A stretch of 64,000 bases of DNA from Octopus vulgaris (lineage: Eukaryota): contig OX597815.1 in NCBI GenBank assembly GCA_951406725.2, positions 55,552,001 to 55,616,000 on the forward strand, written 5' to 3'. The stretch's first letter is position 1. The number at the start of each line of letters is the position of its first letter. The notes under the pieces were generated by a model that ran no database searches, had not been told where the DNA came from, and saw only the letters and a list, made by a program, of their open reading frames with translations. Positions 43,230 through 56,519 of this stretch are shown one piece after another. A program made the position numbers and the translations under genes.

Positions 43230-44210
43230 TGATAGTGTTGAAATAAATGTGGTACTGAAATCTTTGGAAATGCAAGGTGTCAAGGTGCAATATATCAAGC
43301 TGCTCTGAGATAAAAATCTGAATGCACAAAAGATATAGCTCAGCTATCGCCACCAACAAGAGTTCCAATTGGGAAGGGCATCAAAGAAAATACCATCTCC
43401 CCAAGCTTTTCACTACATGCCTAGAAATGTTCATCAAGGACACTGACTAGACAAATGGCATGAACATCAACAGTGAGCTACTAACTCACCCCCAATTGGC
43501 AGATGACATATACTCATCACTAAAACCACCACAGATCTGCTGTAGACCATGCTGACAGAGTTGAACACTCATAGCTCAGCAGTAGGTTTCAAAATGAACT
43601 GCATGAAAACAGACTACATGTGTAGCATAAGGCCAAATAGTACAAGAAGCACAAGAAGTAGCACAAAGCCAAATAGAGGTGGGAAGCAACAAAATCAAAG
43701 AGATGAAAAAGAACATTTTCTTAGAGCACATAGTGAATATGTGCTGAGATATGGATTCTGAAATCTCAAAAAGAATTAAGTCAGGATAGAAGGCATCTAC
43801 CACAATAAAGGATGTGTTCAAAGCAAAGATGAACAAGACCATACATGCCAGACTCTTCAATAATACACAAGTAAGATGTGGGCTACTATAAAGAGGGAAG
43901 AACATCAATTGGTTATGATGCAAAGGATCATGGAATATTGTTACAAAATATTTGAAATGAGACAATTTGAGAACAGAGCAGAGTGGATGATGTAATCACA
44001 GAATACCGAAAGTACAAGTTCCACTGGGCTGGACACAACACAAGATTCACAGATAAGTGGACCCATGCAGTTGCCAAGTGGTATCCAAGAGATCAGAAAA
44101 GGATACTTGGAAGACCTCCATGACAATAGGAAAATGATTTAGTTGAACAATTTGAGACAAGGTGGAAAAGGATGGCACAGTCAAAAAAGAATTGGAAGTA
44201 ATTGTAACCA
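43230..44210 (+). pseudogene. Old degenerate RTE LINE (same family as 34927-35601)
   Basis: Residual TISPKLFTTCLE, LADDI, EISKRIKSG, HWAGH, WYPRDQKR across frameshifts. Confidence 0.65.
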
Positions 44211-45003
44211 GTGATGTGTAACAACATCTGATAGTCTGGTTGATACAGTGATAATTTACATAATCATTCTAGCTTTGGCAAATTTTAGAACATGGTGAAT
44301 ATTACTCATATTCATATTTTAAACTTTCACAATACAGATGCATACTACAAAGGAATATCTTATTCTAATTACACAAATAATATTCACTGTGGACTGGGCT
44401 GATGAGTCTTAGAAATACTGCACAGCAACCATGTGATTTTAAATGGTGAAAATTAATTTCCAATTTTGTTGAACTCTCAGTAATAATTTCACTCTTTGCA
44501 ATTGAATTTCAGCTATTTTGTAGCAAAACTAATTTATCAGAGTAGTCGTTATTAAATGCAGTAAAACTGATTTTTGCCAGAAAAATGATATGAATTACAC
44601 ACACAGCTTTCACCAAGCCATCATATGTACAGTCTAGTCTTTAACTACATATCACAACAATTGCTTGGGGTCATTGTATTCTTAGGTTTTTACAGATTAA
44701 TGTAGAACATTTATTGATAGGGACAATCATCATCATCACCATCATCATCATTTAATGTCCACTTTTCTATGCTTCTGTGGTTCAGACAGACAAATTTTCT
44801 ACAGTGGATGCTATTTTGTTGCCTATGCTGACCTGTTTCAAAGCAAGTTGTGAAATATAATACTTCATAAATTATGAGGCATGAATTAAATTGGCCCCAA
44901 CATTGTTGCTTGAAAATCTGAAAATAAGCATGTATTTAGAATATGCCCCGTGGCTTATGTGCATATATGAGTAAGTAGATAGGTTGTGTGAAAGTTCACT
45001 TAC

Positions 45004-45163
45004 TGTTTCTGGAGACAAAACATACACAGGATTTTTTTCTACTTCATTTTGAAAAGCAACAAGGAACTGATCACTCAATGACTGATGAATAATGATATTG
45101 CGGGCATTCAGAAGAGGAGCTCTTAACTTCCCTCTCAACTCACCATATTCTAAAGAATTTAAT
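45004..45163 (-). CDS. TMEM129: TMEM129 coding exon 3 (160 bp)
   Basis: Polypyrimidine TTTTTAG acceptor, GTAAGT donor; RLNSLEYGELRGKLRAPLLNARNIIIHQSLSDQF resembles TMEM129; phase fits exon 2. Confidence 0.9.
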
Positions 45164-45479
45164 CTAAAAAAAAGAAAATAAAAAAAAAAATTGGAATAAA
45201 TAATTTATTTATTCCATTAGTCTCTCAGAAACTATACAATTCTGCTGTTTTTAAAGAGAAATGTAATGTAAATAAACAAAGAGTCAAAAATTCTGATTAG
45301 GGACGATAAGGACAACAATAACTCTGAATGAAAATTTGCAGAAGAGACATGAACTTTACAAACTATTGTGAAGATAAACATTATTTTAATAATAAGCTCT
45401 ACATGACAATCTACTCTTTTCTGTTGCTATTTCTAAGAGTTCATATGCCCCAGACAAACCTACCAACTAAACATAGCCT

Positions 45480-45600
45480 CTCTCATAAGGCATTGGTTGG
45501 CTTAAGGCTATAGTAGAAGACACTTTCCCAAGATACTGGGTAGTGGGACTGAACCCAAAACCACATGGTTGCAAAGAGAGCTTCTTAACCACAAAACCAA
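45480..45600 (-). mobile_element. Degenerate tRNA-SINE fragment
   Basis: Reverse complement resembles 31420-31545. Confidence 0.6.
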
Positions 45601-45956
45601 TCCTTATATTCTGGAAATAATAATAATCATAAGCTTATAAGCTTATAATTATTATGTACAGAATTTTCAGTCATCACCATTTCTTCATCTAATATATACA
45701 CACACATACACATAACAAAACCCCACAGTGGATGAAATAGAATATAAATGTATTTGATCATTGCTAATGATGTGCACGAAAAGAAGGGAGTCTCCAGACA
45801 GATATTTTCAGTTTGTAGTCCACTCCAAAGAGACGATACTCAGCTTGCTTCCCCAATCAGAAAGCATTTAGCTTCAATATAAAGTAGTCAAAAATTAGGC
45901 TAGCAATGTGGTCAAACAAGCCATCTGAGGACTAATTCTCATTCTTTTGGTATATG

Positions 45957-47100
45957 TCTATTATACAAAATCCGTTGTGTGTGTGTCTTCTAGGATCTGG
46001 GCATCCTCCATCCGATTGCGCTCAAATTTGATACGTAGATACCGACGGTATCAGGGCGTGTATAAGTCTTGAAAAAATTACAAAAATCGATTCCAGGTGA
46101 GAATGCGATCGATAAAGCCGTGGAAACATGGATTTATACGCGCAAGTACATCACCTATTGTGATTGATACTACGCATACGCGAGAAAAATGCACATGCAG
46201 CTTGTGTACACATTCTTGAGGCAAAAGTTATCATGGGTCAAGGAGTAGGGGATGGTGATTTTATTTCTTGCATGCCATTGATTCCGTCGGACTGTGTTTA
46301 CCCAATGAAACACGTTCAATTCCCTGTTCGCCTGAGCTTTGCGATGACCATCAACAAAGCACAGGGGTAGTCATTGAAAGTCGTGGGGTTGGACCTCAGC
46401 ACTCCCTGCTTTTCGCACAGACAACTGTATGTGGGCTGTTCGAGGGTTGGCTGCTTGACAAACCTTTTCTACTATGCTCCAGACGGAGTAACAAGGAATG
46501 TGGTTTAGAAGGCTGCACTCCACTAGCTTTTCCATGCCCTTGAACATCCCGTAAAGTAAGTTTGCTTAAAATTAGTTACTTAGTTCCCTAGGTTGATGCT
46601 TTTCATCAAAAATCATCCCAAGTTGATTTCCTATATGTTTTATCGGATAAACTTATTATTATCCCAGGTACTCATAATTCCATCATGCTTTACCTCCAGC
46701 TAAATGTATCATTTTTGTCCTGCTTTTCTTCCGTCAACCTGTACATAACTGCACCTTCCATTTTTTGTTGTTTTTGTACTGCTTAAAGGCACATTTCTTT
46801 CCTGCCAAGCTTACTATTTAAACCATGTTTGTGTTCTCCCAGTCAACAGCCTTATCATTACTGGTACTTAAAACTCTTCGGTTGCATATTTGTGTGAATA
46901 AAATCGTTTTTCTTTGGAATAGAAAAAAGTCTATCGTTATTTCTTCTTTTGCTGGTGTCTCAAATTTAGGTTAAATTGGTGTTTCTGAAAGGGGAGGCCT
47001 ATGGGACAGTCAAACAAGTTGTTCTGAGAAAATTTGGTTTAAATGTTTGACAACTCAGCACCGTCCATTGGACGGGGGGAGGGAGGCGTTTTGGTCATAT
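45957..47100 (+). mobile_element. Helitron derivative with PIF1 C-terminal pseudogene
   Basis: [44 protein letters not shown] at about 46310-46450. Confidence 0.75.
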
Positions 47101-47123
47101 ATATATATACACATATATATGTA

Positions 47124-47166
<43 letters not shown>

Positions 47167-47401
47167 GACCAAAACGCCTCCCTTCCCCCGTCCAATGGAC
47201 GGTGCTGAGTTGTCAAACATTTAAACCAAATTTTCTCAGAACAACTTGTTTGACTGTCCCATAGGCCTCCCTTTCAGAAACACCAATTTAACCTAAATTT
47301 GAGACACCAGCAAAAGAAGAAATAACGATAGACTTTTTTCTATTCCAAAGAAAAACGATTTTATTCACACAAATATGCAACCGAAGAGTTTTAAGTACCA
47401 G

Positions 47402-47405
<4 letters not shown>
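46857..47405. repeat. Near-perfect ~245-bp inverted repeat around a 60-bp TA/TC microsatellite
   Basis: 46857-47100 is the reverse complement of 47161-47405. Confidence 0.92.
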
Positions 47406-47436
<31 letters not shown>

Positions 47437-47825
47437 CATTAATGTCACGATAGTGCTACATATCTTGTGAGAGGGCTAATTAAGACATGAAGTAAAACAT
47501 CTCAATATACTAGAAACAACATAATTCATTCACTGGTTTCTGTCATTGGACAGTGGGAGCCGTTCAAAGGTTTAATCCATCATATTGACCCAAGTTTTAT
47601 TTTCAGTCTAGTAATATATTTTCTTGAACTCTATTTGATTATCTCTATAGATTTCTATGTGGGTAAGACCTCTTTTTACAACTGATGATTGCACTGGTAT
47701 CAAAGAAAATGAGACTTCAAAAGTTTAGTGTCTCATACAGATATCTATTTTGATATCTTTACATATAGATTATATTGTTTCATATATATTTAGATGTTTA
47801 GCTGTTCACAGACATACACACATAT

Positions 47826-48150
<325 letters not shown>

Positions 48151-49053
48151 TATATGGGGTCAAGGGAGTGTGTTACCAACTCTTTACTTTGATATTATAT
48201 GATAGTGAGAGTGTCACTGTAAAGTGTCTTTGTTTCCAATCTTCCATGAAAACATTAAAAGAATGATATAAAAATATATAAGTTCATTCTTTTTGCATTT
48301 GTTTTCCGTGCTTACATGGGTGAGACAAATATATAATTGCAATGTTGTTTTAGAAGCAGATGCCCTTTCTTCTGCAAACCCTTACTTGTTTCAAGCAAAG
48401 AATATCATATTTCATGTCTTTCAGATGATCTGATGACAAGGGAAATGACAATAATAACACTGCTTGTTGCTTAGTGATTTTCAGACCAGCACAAATGTAA
48501 TAAATAAACACATATACACATATGTATATTTATCTTACCATTGTCTCCCTTGCCACCTATGCCTCAAGTCAACTTCACAAGTGTCTCCCTTGCCACTCAT
48601 ACCTCTAATACTCTCTTCCTCTTCCAGTCATTTCAGTATGTGGTAATTGTCTAAAATAAGACATATTTGTTCTTTTTCTCCCTCCATTTCTTTCTCTCCT
48701 CAGCCATTGTTTCTATAGAAGAGCATATACTCGAAACATAAAAGACTCTTAATTTTTCATGAGCATAAACCTAATATACCATGTTACTCTTTTACTTCAT
48801 CTTCATGGTTTTAATTGTTATGCATGTACCATATACTGTGTATGAGACAGGCTTCTTTCAATTTCTATCTACTTAATCCACTAACCAGCTTTAGTCATCC
48901 TGGGACTAAACTAGAATACGCTTGCCCAAGGTGCCAAATAGCAGAGCTAAAACCAAAACCATGTGGTTGGGAATGCACTTAAAATTAAGTTTTCAAAGAA
49001 AATATTTAAAAAATAATGGCAAATTTAGATAAAAAGTCATTTGTATGTCTTAC

Positions 49054-49528
49054 CTGATAGTAAAGGGTTTAATAGCTGCATTGTTGGGTATAATGTTAAT
49101 GTTAAGGTACTGAACAGTAGACATTGATTCATAAGACATTTGATGTTCTTCACTGCTAGCAAGGCTAAGATGAATATCATTTTGATGAGCGATATACACA
49201 TGGTATGTAGAAGTTTTCATAATCCAAGAATCAGTTACAATTACTCGACGTGCCATTGAACCTGATGTAAATTTATCTGGTCTCCGAAATTCCACATTAA
49301 TGGAGGAAGCAATATCATGCCAAGATGAACCATTTTCTGTTAACAGTTGCAACTGTTTAGCTACAGGGTGTTGATCCCAGTTATTTAATGACCAGTAGTA
49401 AAACAGGGTAAGAGTAGCAATTGGGAAGCTAGTGGCCAGAATCAAATATATCATCCATCCTGACGTTAAATCATCCAAGTCAAAATGAAGATGGCTATCC
49501 ACCAAACAGCTCAGCCCAACATAATATC
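49054..49528 (-). CDS. TMEM129: TMEM129 coding exon 2 (475 bp)
   Basis: TTTTCAG acceptor, GTAAG donor; GYYVGL..YYWSLNNWDQHPVAKQL..ASSINVEFRRPDKF..RVIVTDSWIMKTSTY. Confidence 0.93.
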
Positions 49529-50597
49529 CTGAAAAGATTGTTAGAAAAATGGCAGCTTTATATATTGCAAATGTCTAAAGAATTCATGAGATAGACAATA
49601 ATATTTCCTTTTTGTTTCCTTGAACAACAAACTAAAAGAATCTTCTACATAACATAAGAATTTAGTAGTTATTTCTAAATATCTCACGCAATGCCAACGA
49701 AAGAGTCTCCAGGTAATCGCATGATCTGCTAGAAGTAGCAACCAAATAGTCTTCGAATTAGATTCTTACTATTAAAAAAAAAACGGTAGAACACACTGCA
49801 TAATATAGTCCTTAATAGACTGTATCTAAAAAATACGGGATGGTCAAAGAACGAAAGCTTTTCATCATAACTCTGCTCGATGTGAGCTAATCAACAACAA
49901 TACCGTTTATGGTAACAAGCTTTTGTTCAAGTGAAATAAACACGATTTCAGCATTGTAAATCATTGAACTACTTGTCAATTTCCTATAAACCGGGTTATT
50001 TAGAATCGTATTTGCCCTCATCATAGCTGCTTTGCTGCCAAATAAATGATCAAAGATTAATCACTAGAATTCAAGTAAATTTGTAGTGTCTGTATCAACA
50101 GTCAGTTAACGAAAGAATAAGGCATAGGAAATGTTTAGTATACTGCTTCGAATAACTGATAGGATGCGAATAAAGAACGTTTTAGGTACATAAAAAGATC
50201 AACATTTCTTCTTACTAAAGTTTAGTTCTTCTACAGTAATTTGCTACATGGACGAAAATGATAATAGAAAAATATTTGCAAAACTTATTATTATATTCTT
50301 ATTCTTTTCCTGATGAAAATTATAAATTTTTCAAGAAGACACATCCGTTTATTATACTTTGTACACATTCATTTTCTTTTTACCATTATCCTCTGCAGAT
50401 AAACTTAAACTGACTTTAATTTTCTTATTTTTTGAGTGTGTACTTGGTTCTGTAAAATAAATAAAAACTTAAGGGCAACCCGAAACTTCACGGCAATACT
50501 GGACTACACCAAATGCAACTGCAAAAATATTTCACGATTATGTATGCGAATGGAACTTAGCTCTGAGAACAAAATAAAAGGAATAGAAATATCTTAC

Positions 50598-50814
50598 CAA
50601 GTGGTAAGATAGAATGAATGACCAATGTTATCGCTGTCCTACGTTGATGGTAGATTATAAAGTGAAGATCTTGGCTGCCTAAATAGTTTGAAAACACATT
50701 CTGGATAGAGAATCCTGCTGAAACTAATTCAGTTGGTGGTGCGATAACACAAATCGCAAAAAAGCAATATAACAGTGTATATAATAAAAATACAGTTGTT
50801 ACGTTTTCTTCCAT
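50598..50814 (-). CDS. TMEM129: TMEM129 coding exon 1 (217 bp from ATG); E3 ubiquitin ligase TM129
   Basis: FLLYTLLYCFFAICVIAPPTELVSAGFSIQNVFSNYLGSQDLHFIIYHQRRTAITLVIHSILPLG; G|GTAAG donor; exons 1-3 splice in frame to 284 codons. Confidence 0.93.
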
Positions 50815-51179
50815 CCGATGAGATTTGATAAAAAAAAAAACGTAGCTAAGATTAAGCGGTGAATGTAAATTTAGTCCCTTATTTTAAAAAATGCCTCCAA
50901 TAAAACAGAAGTATTTCCTTATTTCAACAAATTTACTTTCAAATAACATTACACAAAACTGATGTTTTCAACAACTTTCTCTTAAATTAAACTCTTATCA
51001 AAACTATAAAAAAGAAAACGTCATTCTTCAGTAATATACTTCGTGAAAAGGGATATGTTTTGGCATTTTCCAGAGCGTGTCTTTAAATTTAAACGCTCTG
51101 GAAGATGAGAGTTTTATAAAAATAAGTGGTAAGATTGTAAACTTATGAGCAAGTTTGTAAAAATAATTTCAATGTAGAG

Positions 51180-52468
51180 ATCGGGGAGGTTCCAAACTAA
51201 CGGTGACCCACCGCGCGTCGGCTCGTCGCCAAGATGGCAGACCCATCATCCGACTATTTTGCGAAGGACAAACAACCCGCCCAGAAGAGCTCTTAACCTA
51301 TTAGAACATATATCAGAAGAAACCAGACTGCCCAGCATCGAAACGGGCTCCTCCATGCCTCCAACCAACGAGAAATCAGCTTATGCTACAAAATTTATGT
51401 TGCTATATGAAATGTCCTGTCGCTCCTTCGCTCCAGAGCAATCACTCTGCTGTCCCTCCCGAGAGCTATCCTGCTACATCACCCTGGCGGGACTTTGTGA
51501 AACACTCTGGCCTGGTTGTGGTGAATTCATCGCAAGTGACCATTGCCTCATCAGGAACGGCCCCGAGGACCGGACTGGTCTTTGCGACGTGACATTGGCC
51601 ATGTCCAAGCGCGTCCACAAGTCACTCATCAACTGGAACCCGGCTGACCCACACTGGATTCAACCTATTGGCACAATCTTTGCCGACCTATTTACCAATG
51701 GCAATGGTAATTACCTACTTCTATGCTGCTACAACAATCTCTTTATCGACAGCAATTGTTTTCCCTGCAAATTTATCCGTCACTGGATTTGGTACAGTCA
51801 GGACGGCTACACCCGGAAGGCGATCGACCACATCATCATCTCTCGCAGCTGGAGGTCACTTGTCACTGACTGCTGGATCTAAAGAGGAACTCAATTCGTC
51901 AATACCGACCATCGATTGCTGGCTGCGACACTCACGCTGAAGTTGCGACCCCGCCACCGAGTACCAGCCCCACCCTGACTCATCCTGTCTCCGTGATCCC
52001 CACATCGCCTCAACATTCGCGTACTCTCTCACCAATCGTTCAGCGCCCTGGCATCAGCCGGTTCCCAGTTTAAGACAGCCCTGGTGAAGAGTACCAGTGG
52101 CAATGTCATCACCATGAAAACCGCCCGCCTCGGACGCTGGAAGCAGCACTTCAGCCGTCTTCTTCATCATCCATTTGTTCCACTTGATAATCAATACTCT
52201 AGACACAGCTACAACCGACAACACTGGAGACTCGATCCTGTCATCCACGATGAAATCAGTGTCTCCCTGAAGAAGTTCAACAACCGCAATGACCCTGGAA
52301 TTTGCACCATCACAGCGAAGATGTTGAAGATGGACAGAGAAAACATGATCCAGTGACTTGCTCACATCATCAACCACGTATGGGTATCAGAGCAACTTCC
52401 AAATGACTGGACCCGGAGCATTCGTCTTCCCTTCTTGAAACAGAAGAGTGACAAACTCATCTGCAGCC
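51180..52468 (+). mobile_element. Degenerate RTE-like LINE 5' part (APE and RT N-terminal remnants) divergent from the TMEM129 start
   Basis: AGLCET, WYSQDGYTRKAIDHIIISRSW, TDHRLLAATL, RWKQHFSRLL, PGICTITAKMLK, LPNDW remnants. Confidence 0.7.
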
Positions 52469-53974
52469 AAGGGCCCGGGAACAGGGGGTGCAGCGGGTGC
52501 ACCTACACCCCCTAGAATTCTCAGGGGGTGCAAGATCAAAATTTACACCCCCTACATAATCTTACCAGTTTCAGAAAAAAGTGTTTAAAATTTATCGGTA
52601 TAAAATGCTTAAGTTCGATCTCGTCTCAAAACAAAGGAAAAAAAATAATAAATAAAAGTGATGAAGCTGGCATAAAATTCCCTCGGGAGTTTATGACCAC
52701 TAACTTCTGAAAGAAAGTAGTGTCAAAATACAAAAAATAAAAAAATAAGTGACTATAACGACAGTAGCAGCAACAATAACAACAACAAAACCAGCATGTA
52801 TGATTAATTTTGAATATATAGCATTACTTGAATTATTGAAGACAGCTCCCACCCAGTTAAAATATGTAACTCTCTCTTTCTGTCTGTCAAATATTTCTCT
52901 CCATCTTTCAGTACCACTCCCAAGTTCTTTGTAGTTGGTGTTGCTAAAGACTTAAAACATGGTTGAATGGATTCGACCGTTTGACCCCAGTCTAAAAATA
53001 AAACCCTTTCAAAATTCTTTCAGTCAAAACGATTTTCTCATATAGGTTGTTAGGTCCAAAATGTACATGAAAAAATTGTTTGAGAGTAAAAACTTTGAAA
53101 GGAAACATTTAACTATAAATAATTGCAAACCGAAATTACGAAATAAATTTGTAAAGCCACACATCCGCTTCTATTCTTACTCAGTGGTATCCCACACAGC
53201 TTTCAACATTTGGTGGACATTGTCTCCGTTTTCTAACCTTTCCTATCCTCTTCTTTGAAAAACATTCCCTATCTATTTCTATCGTTCTTTCTCTCTACAC
53301 ATCTTTTTTTCTCTCTTTACTACCTTTCATTTCTTCCTATCTCTATAACCACCTCCTATCTATCTTTATTGCCTTCTTTCTTTCTACCTGCACTCTCGTG
53401 TCAATGGGTCTCCCCCCCCCCACGTCCACCTTTCTGGTGCAAAGCGACCATTCAATATCCCATACCATTATCTGCTTGACCACTAATTGGGTAAGTGCCT
53501 TTTTTTTTCAACTCCAGCCTAGCATTCACTTCAACCTTGATTCCCCTTTTTATTTTTCATTCAATCCTTACTTTCCTTTTGTCTTTATTACTCTCTATCT
53601 GCTCTTTTTATCCTTCTCTTGAGTTCCTTAGGAAATAGTTTCCTTTCAGCGTTACTACTAACAAATCGTATCTTAAAGACGTAGTTTAGGCAGAATGCCT
53701 TATATATTGACTACTTTCATTTTTTTTTTATCTTGCCTTAATTCTGCCGTATTATCAATCAAAAGTCTTCCTGCGTATATATAAAATAGTATCTGCGTCA
53801 TGTTTGTTTCCAATACTGTCCTGCTTTTTCGTTTTATATAGAAAACACCGATTTAATTAGTTTGATAAGTGCCTCTGCACAAAACTCTCGAACCTTCAGT
53901 CACTATGTAACTTTCACCCATCAATAAATCTATACTTATTTGAGTCTGACTCAACATGAGTTCTATTTTTCATG

Positions 53975-54037
53975 TTTGAACCACTACGCCTCTGATGAGA
54001 ACCCAATAAGGTTCGAAAATCGATTAAGCTTGTTCAT
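53975..54037 (+). ncRNA. Type I hammerhead ribozyme motif (stem I damaged)
   Basis: CTGATGA (53992-53998), stem II GAACC/GGTTC, GAAA, palindromic stem III AATCGATT, TTA site. Confidence 0.65.
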
Positions 54038-54155
54038 CTTTTTTTCAATCTACGGAGAAATGGCTAAATTTGCCCTCTTTACAAATATACGCGCGTGTGT
54101 ACCGTTGGCGATTTTTTTTCCTCCGTCTTCCCTTCTCTGGATCTTTCCTTTTCCT

Positions 54156-54190
54156 GTTTCTGACGAAGAGCTCCGCTCGAAACGTGAAAC
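54156..54190 (+). ncRNA. Minimal hammerhead ribozyme motif (cleavage-site G, probably inactive)
   Basis: GTTT-CTGACGA-AGAGC-TCC-GCTC-GAAAC-GT-G-AAAC. Confidence 0.65.
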
Positions 54191-54322
54191 CCTCCTTCTT
54201 CCCTTCCTTCCTGAGCGTCCAATAATACTATATTTGTTCCACGTCCTCGAGTTGTTGTGTTTTCTCTTTGTGTTTTCATGTTTGGATTAATTATATATAT
54301 AAATAAATATGAATAGACATCG

Positions 54323-54477
54323 TGGGTCATTTAGCTTAATGGTAAAGTACTCAGCCAGTATCTGAGTTGTATGGGTTCGAATGCCATAACCATCTGCTGG
54401 CAACTTTTTTAAAATGGAGGTGCCCCAGCATGACCACAGCCCGTGAGCTGAAACTGGATGAAATAAAAAAATAAAAA
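54323..54477 (+). mobile_element. Short tRNA-derived SINE with CR1/L2-type tail
   Basis: A-box TAGCTTAATGG, B-box GGTTCGAATGCC, then GGAGGTGCCCCAGCATGACCACAGCCCGTGAGCTGAAAC and an A-rich tail. Confidence 0.65.
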
Positions 54478-54659
54478 ATCGTAACGATACCAGCTACCAA
54501 ATGGTTTCACGGCGAACTGGGGCCCGGGTGACCTTAGTAAAGTCATTGGGGGAGAATCCCGAACCGATTATCGGCTGGGATTCTCCCCAATGACTTTACT
54601 AAGGTCACCCGGGGCCCCAGTTCGCCGTGAAACCATTTGGTAGCTGGTATCGTTACGAT
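54478..54659. repeat. Near-perfect 182-bp palindrome (foldback/MITE-like)
   Basis: ATCGTAACGATACCAGCTACC...GGTAGCTGGTATCGTTACGAT, arms about 85-90 bp, tiny loop. Confidence 0.92.
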
Positions 54660-54757
54660 GTCTATTTATATTTACCCACTTCTCTACCTGTAGAGTAAGC
54701 TCTCCTCCAGTTATATAGTTTTACCGTATATTAGCATATATATATATATATATATAT

Positions 54758-54797
<40 letters not shown>

Positions 54798-55307
54798 TAC
54801 AAGCACGCACATATATATATACATTAATATCTATATATATTATACATTATAAATATTATATATATTCATTATCATTTAACCTCCGCTTTCCATACTGGCA
54901 TAGGTTGTACGGTTCGACAGGGCCAGAAGCCAAAGGCTACCAGCTCCCAACTAGTTTGGCAAGGTTTTCGCGGCTGGGTGTCCTTCTTAACGCCAACCAC
55001 TTTACAGTGTATATATATAAATATATATGTGTGTGTGTGTGTGTGTGTGTATCATAGATTTCTGAATCTGCCCACTTGGGGCTGACATTGATAAAAATAG
55101 AAGCCAAATCGCAAGGCGGATCATTAGAAAGAGGCAACACAAGGAGGAAAGCGAAAGACACTGGTGAGGTCAGAGAAGTATGACGAAAGAACTTTCTCTC
55201 TCTTTTGCCAATAAAAACACAAGAACTATTTATTTGATATTCACTATTTATCGCCATGGGCTCCTTGAGAGCGGTCAGCTAAAAGTTTTTTGTGCATTTT
55301 GATGTCG

Positions 55308-55420
55308 ACATAAGTTCCTTGATTTTCCTGATGAGAAATCTGCATAATGTACTCCTTATTCCTTCGGAATTAGGAATATGCAGCCTTCGAAACATATGTC
55401 GAGAATAAAGGATATTTGTT
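55308..55420 (+). ncRNA. Type I hammerhead ribozyme with intact core and long stem II
   Basis: Stem I ATTTTC/GAGAAT extended by CCTT/AAGG; CTGATGA 55328-55334; stem II GAA/TTC + CTGCATA/TATGCAG + ATTCC/GGAAT; GAAAC-ATAT-GTC; predicted cut after 55400. Confidence 0.75.
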
Positions 55421-55609
55421 AACTAGTCGTTCAACTCCATTCTTTCATATACTTATAATTTTAAAATAAACATACAAATTTCCGCACGGAGACACGTAGT
55501 CTATGCCCTAGGGACGTAGCTTCAACCGTGTTCTTTCTGATGTGAATTTGCTACCCAGGTATCGGTTATCTTTCGAATTATCCTTAATAAGATAATTCAT
55601 TCAACTACT

Positions 55610-55697
<88 letters not shown>

Positions 55698-55749
55698 GGT
55701 ACATATGCAAGCACACATACACACACGCATATACATACGAATGTATGTA

Positions 55750-55925
55750 TTTGTGTGTCTGTATGTCACCCCACCATCGCTTGATAACTAATGTTGATGC
55801 GATTATGCCCCTGTAACTTTGCGGTTCGGAAAAAGAGGCGATAGAATAAATAGAATAGCTTCCAAAGAATAATTCCTGGCATTGATTTGTTCAAATAAAA
55901 GACGGTGCTCTTGTATGGCCTATCG
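55750..55925 (+). mobile_element. Degenerate SINE 3' half
   Basis: Similar to 31600-31775. Confidence 0.65.
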
Positions 55926-56519
55926 TCTTTTGAAACATTGGATGGGAGGTCATGTTGCTGGTTTTGCCAATAAAAACACAAGCACTATTTATTTGATATT
56001 CACTATTTGTTTTTCGGGTTTTTGTTCGACCAGAGTTCTTTCGTTATAATTCAGTGGCCTTAAACGTGGTCCTTTACTTTATTCTTTTTTCTTTCTTGTG
56101 TCTATCCTTTTTAATCATCTGCCATGTTGTATTCAACAGAAATTCAAAATCTTTCTCTATCTCACTCTTTATGCCTGTGTATGTATATACATATAATATG
56201 TGTTCATACTCAGCGGTCAACATTTGGCCGATATTGTCTAAATTTTCTATCCTGCTCCTCTCAGCTTCTTTCCCCTCTTGTTTGCAAAACATTCCCTATC
56301 TATTTCTACTTGTCTTTCTCTTCACATATCTGCTTCTTTTCTCTCTTTACTCATCTTCATTTCTTCCTCTTATTATGACTGTCAACTACATCTTGTCTAC
56401 CTTTATTTCCTTGTCTCCACACCCCCTGATGACATTTCGAGAATATCTGACATTGCTTGAGGCAAATCCAGTTTCCTTAAATGTGTTGGGTTCATCATTT
56501 TGAGTTAGAGAATAAGAGA

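Noticed and set aside
44399-44425. CTGATGAG...GAAA hammerhead-like core
   Set aside because: No stem II, and no convincing stem I or III
50309-50340. CTGATGA followed by an AT hairpin
   Set aside because: No GAAA/NUH half of the hammerhead core
52470-52560. DNA transposon terminus (GGGGGTGCA repeats)
   Set aside because: No partner TIR or TSD found, so family cannot be supported
54323-54395. Functional tRNA gene
   Set aside because: A/B boxes present but no convincing acceptor stem, and it is followed by a LINE-type tail; treated as a SINE head
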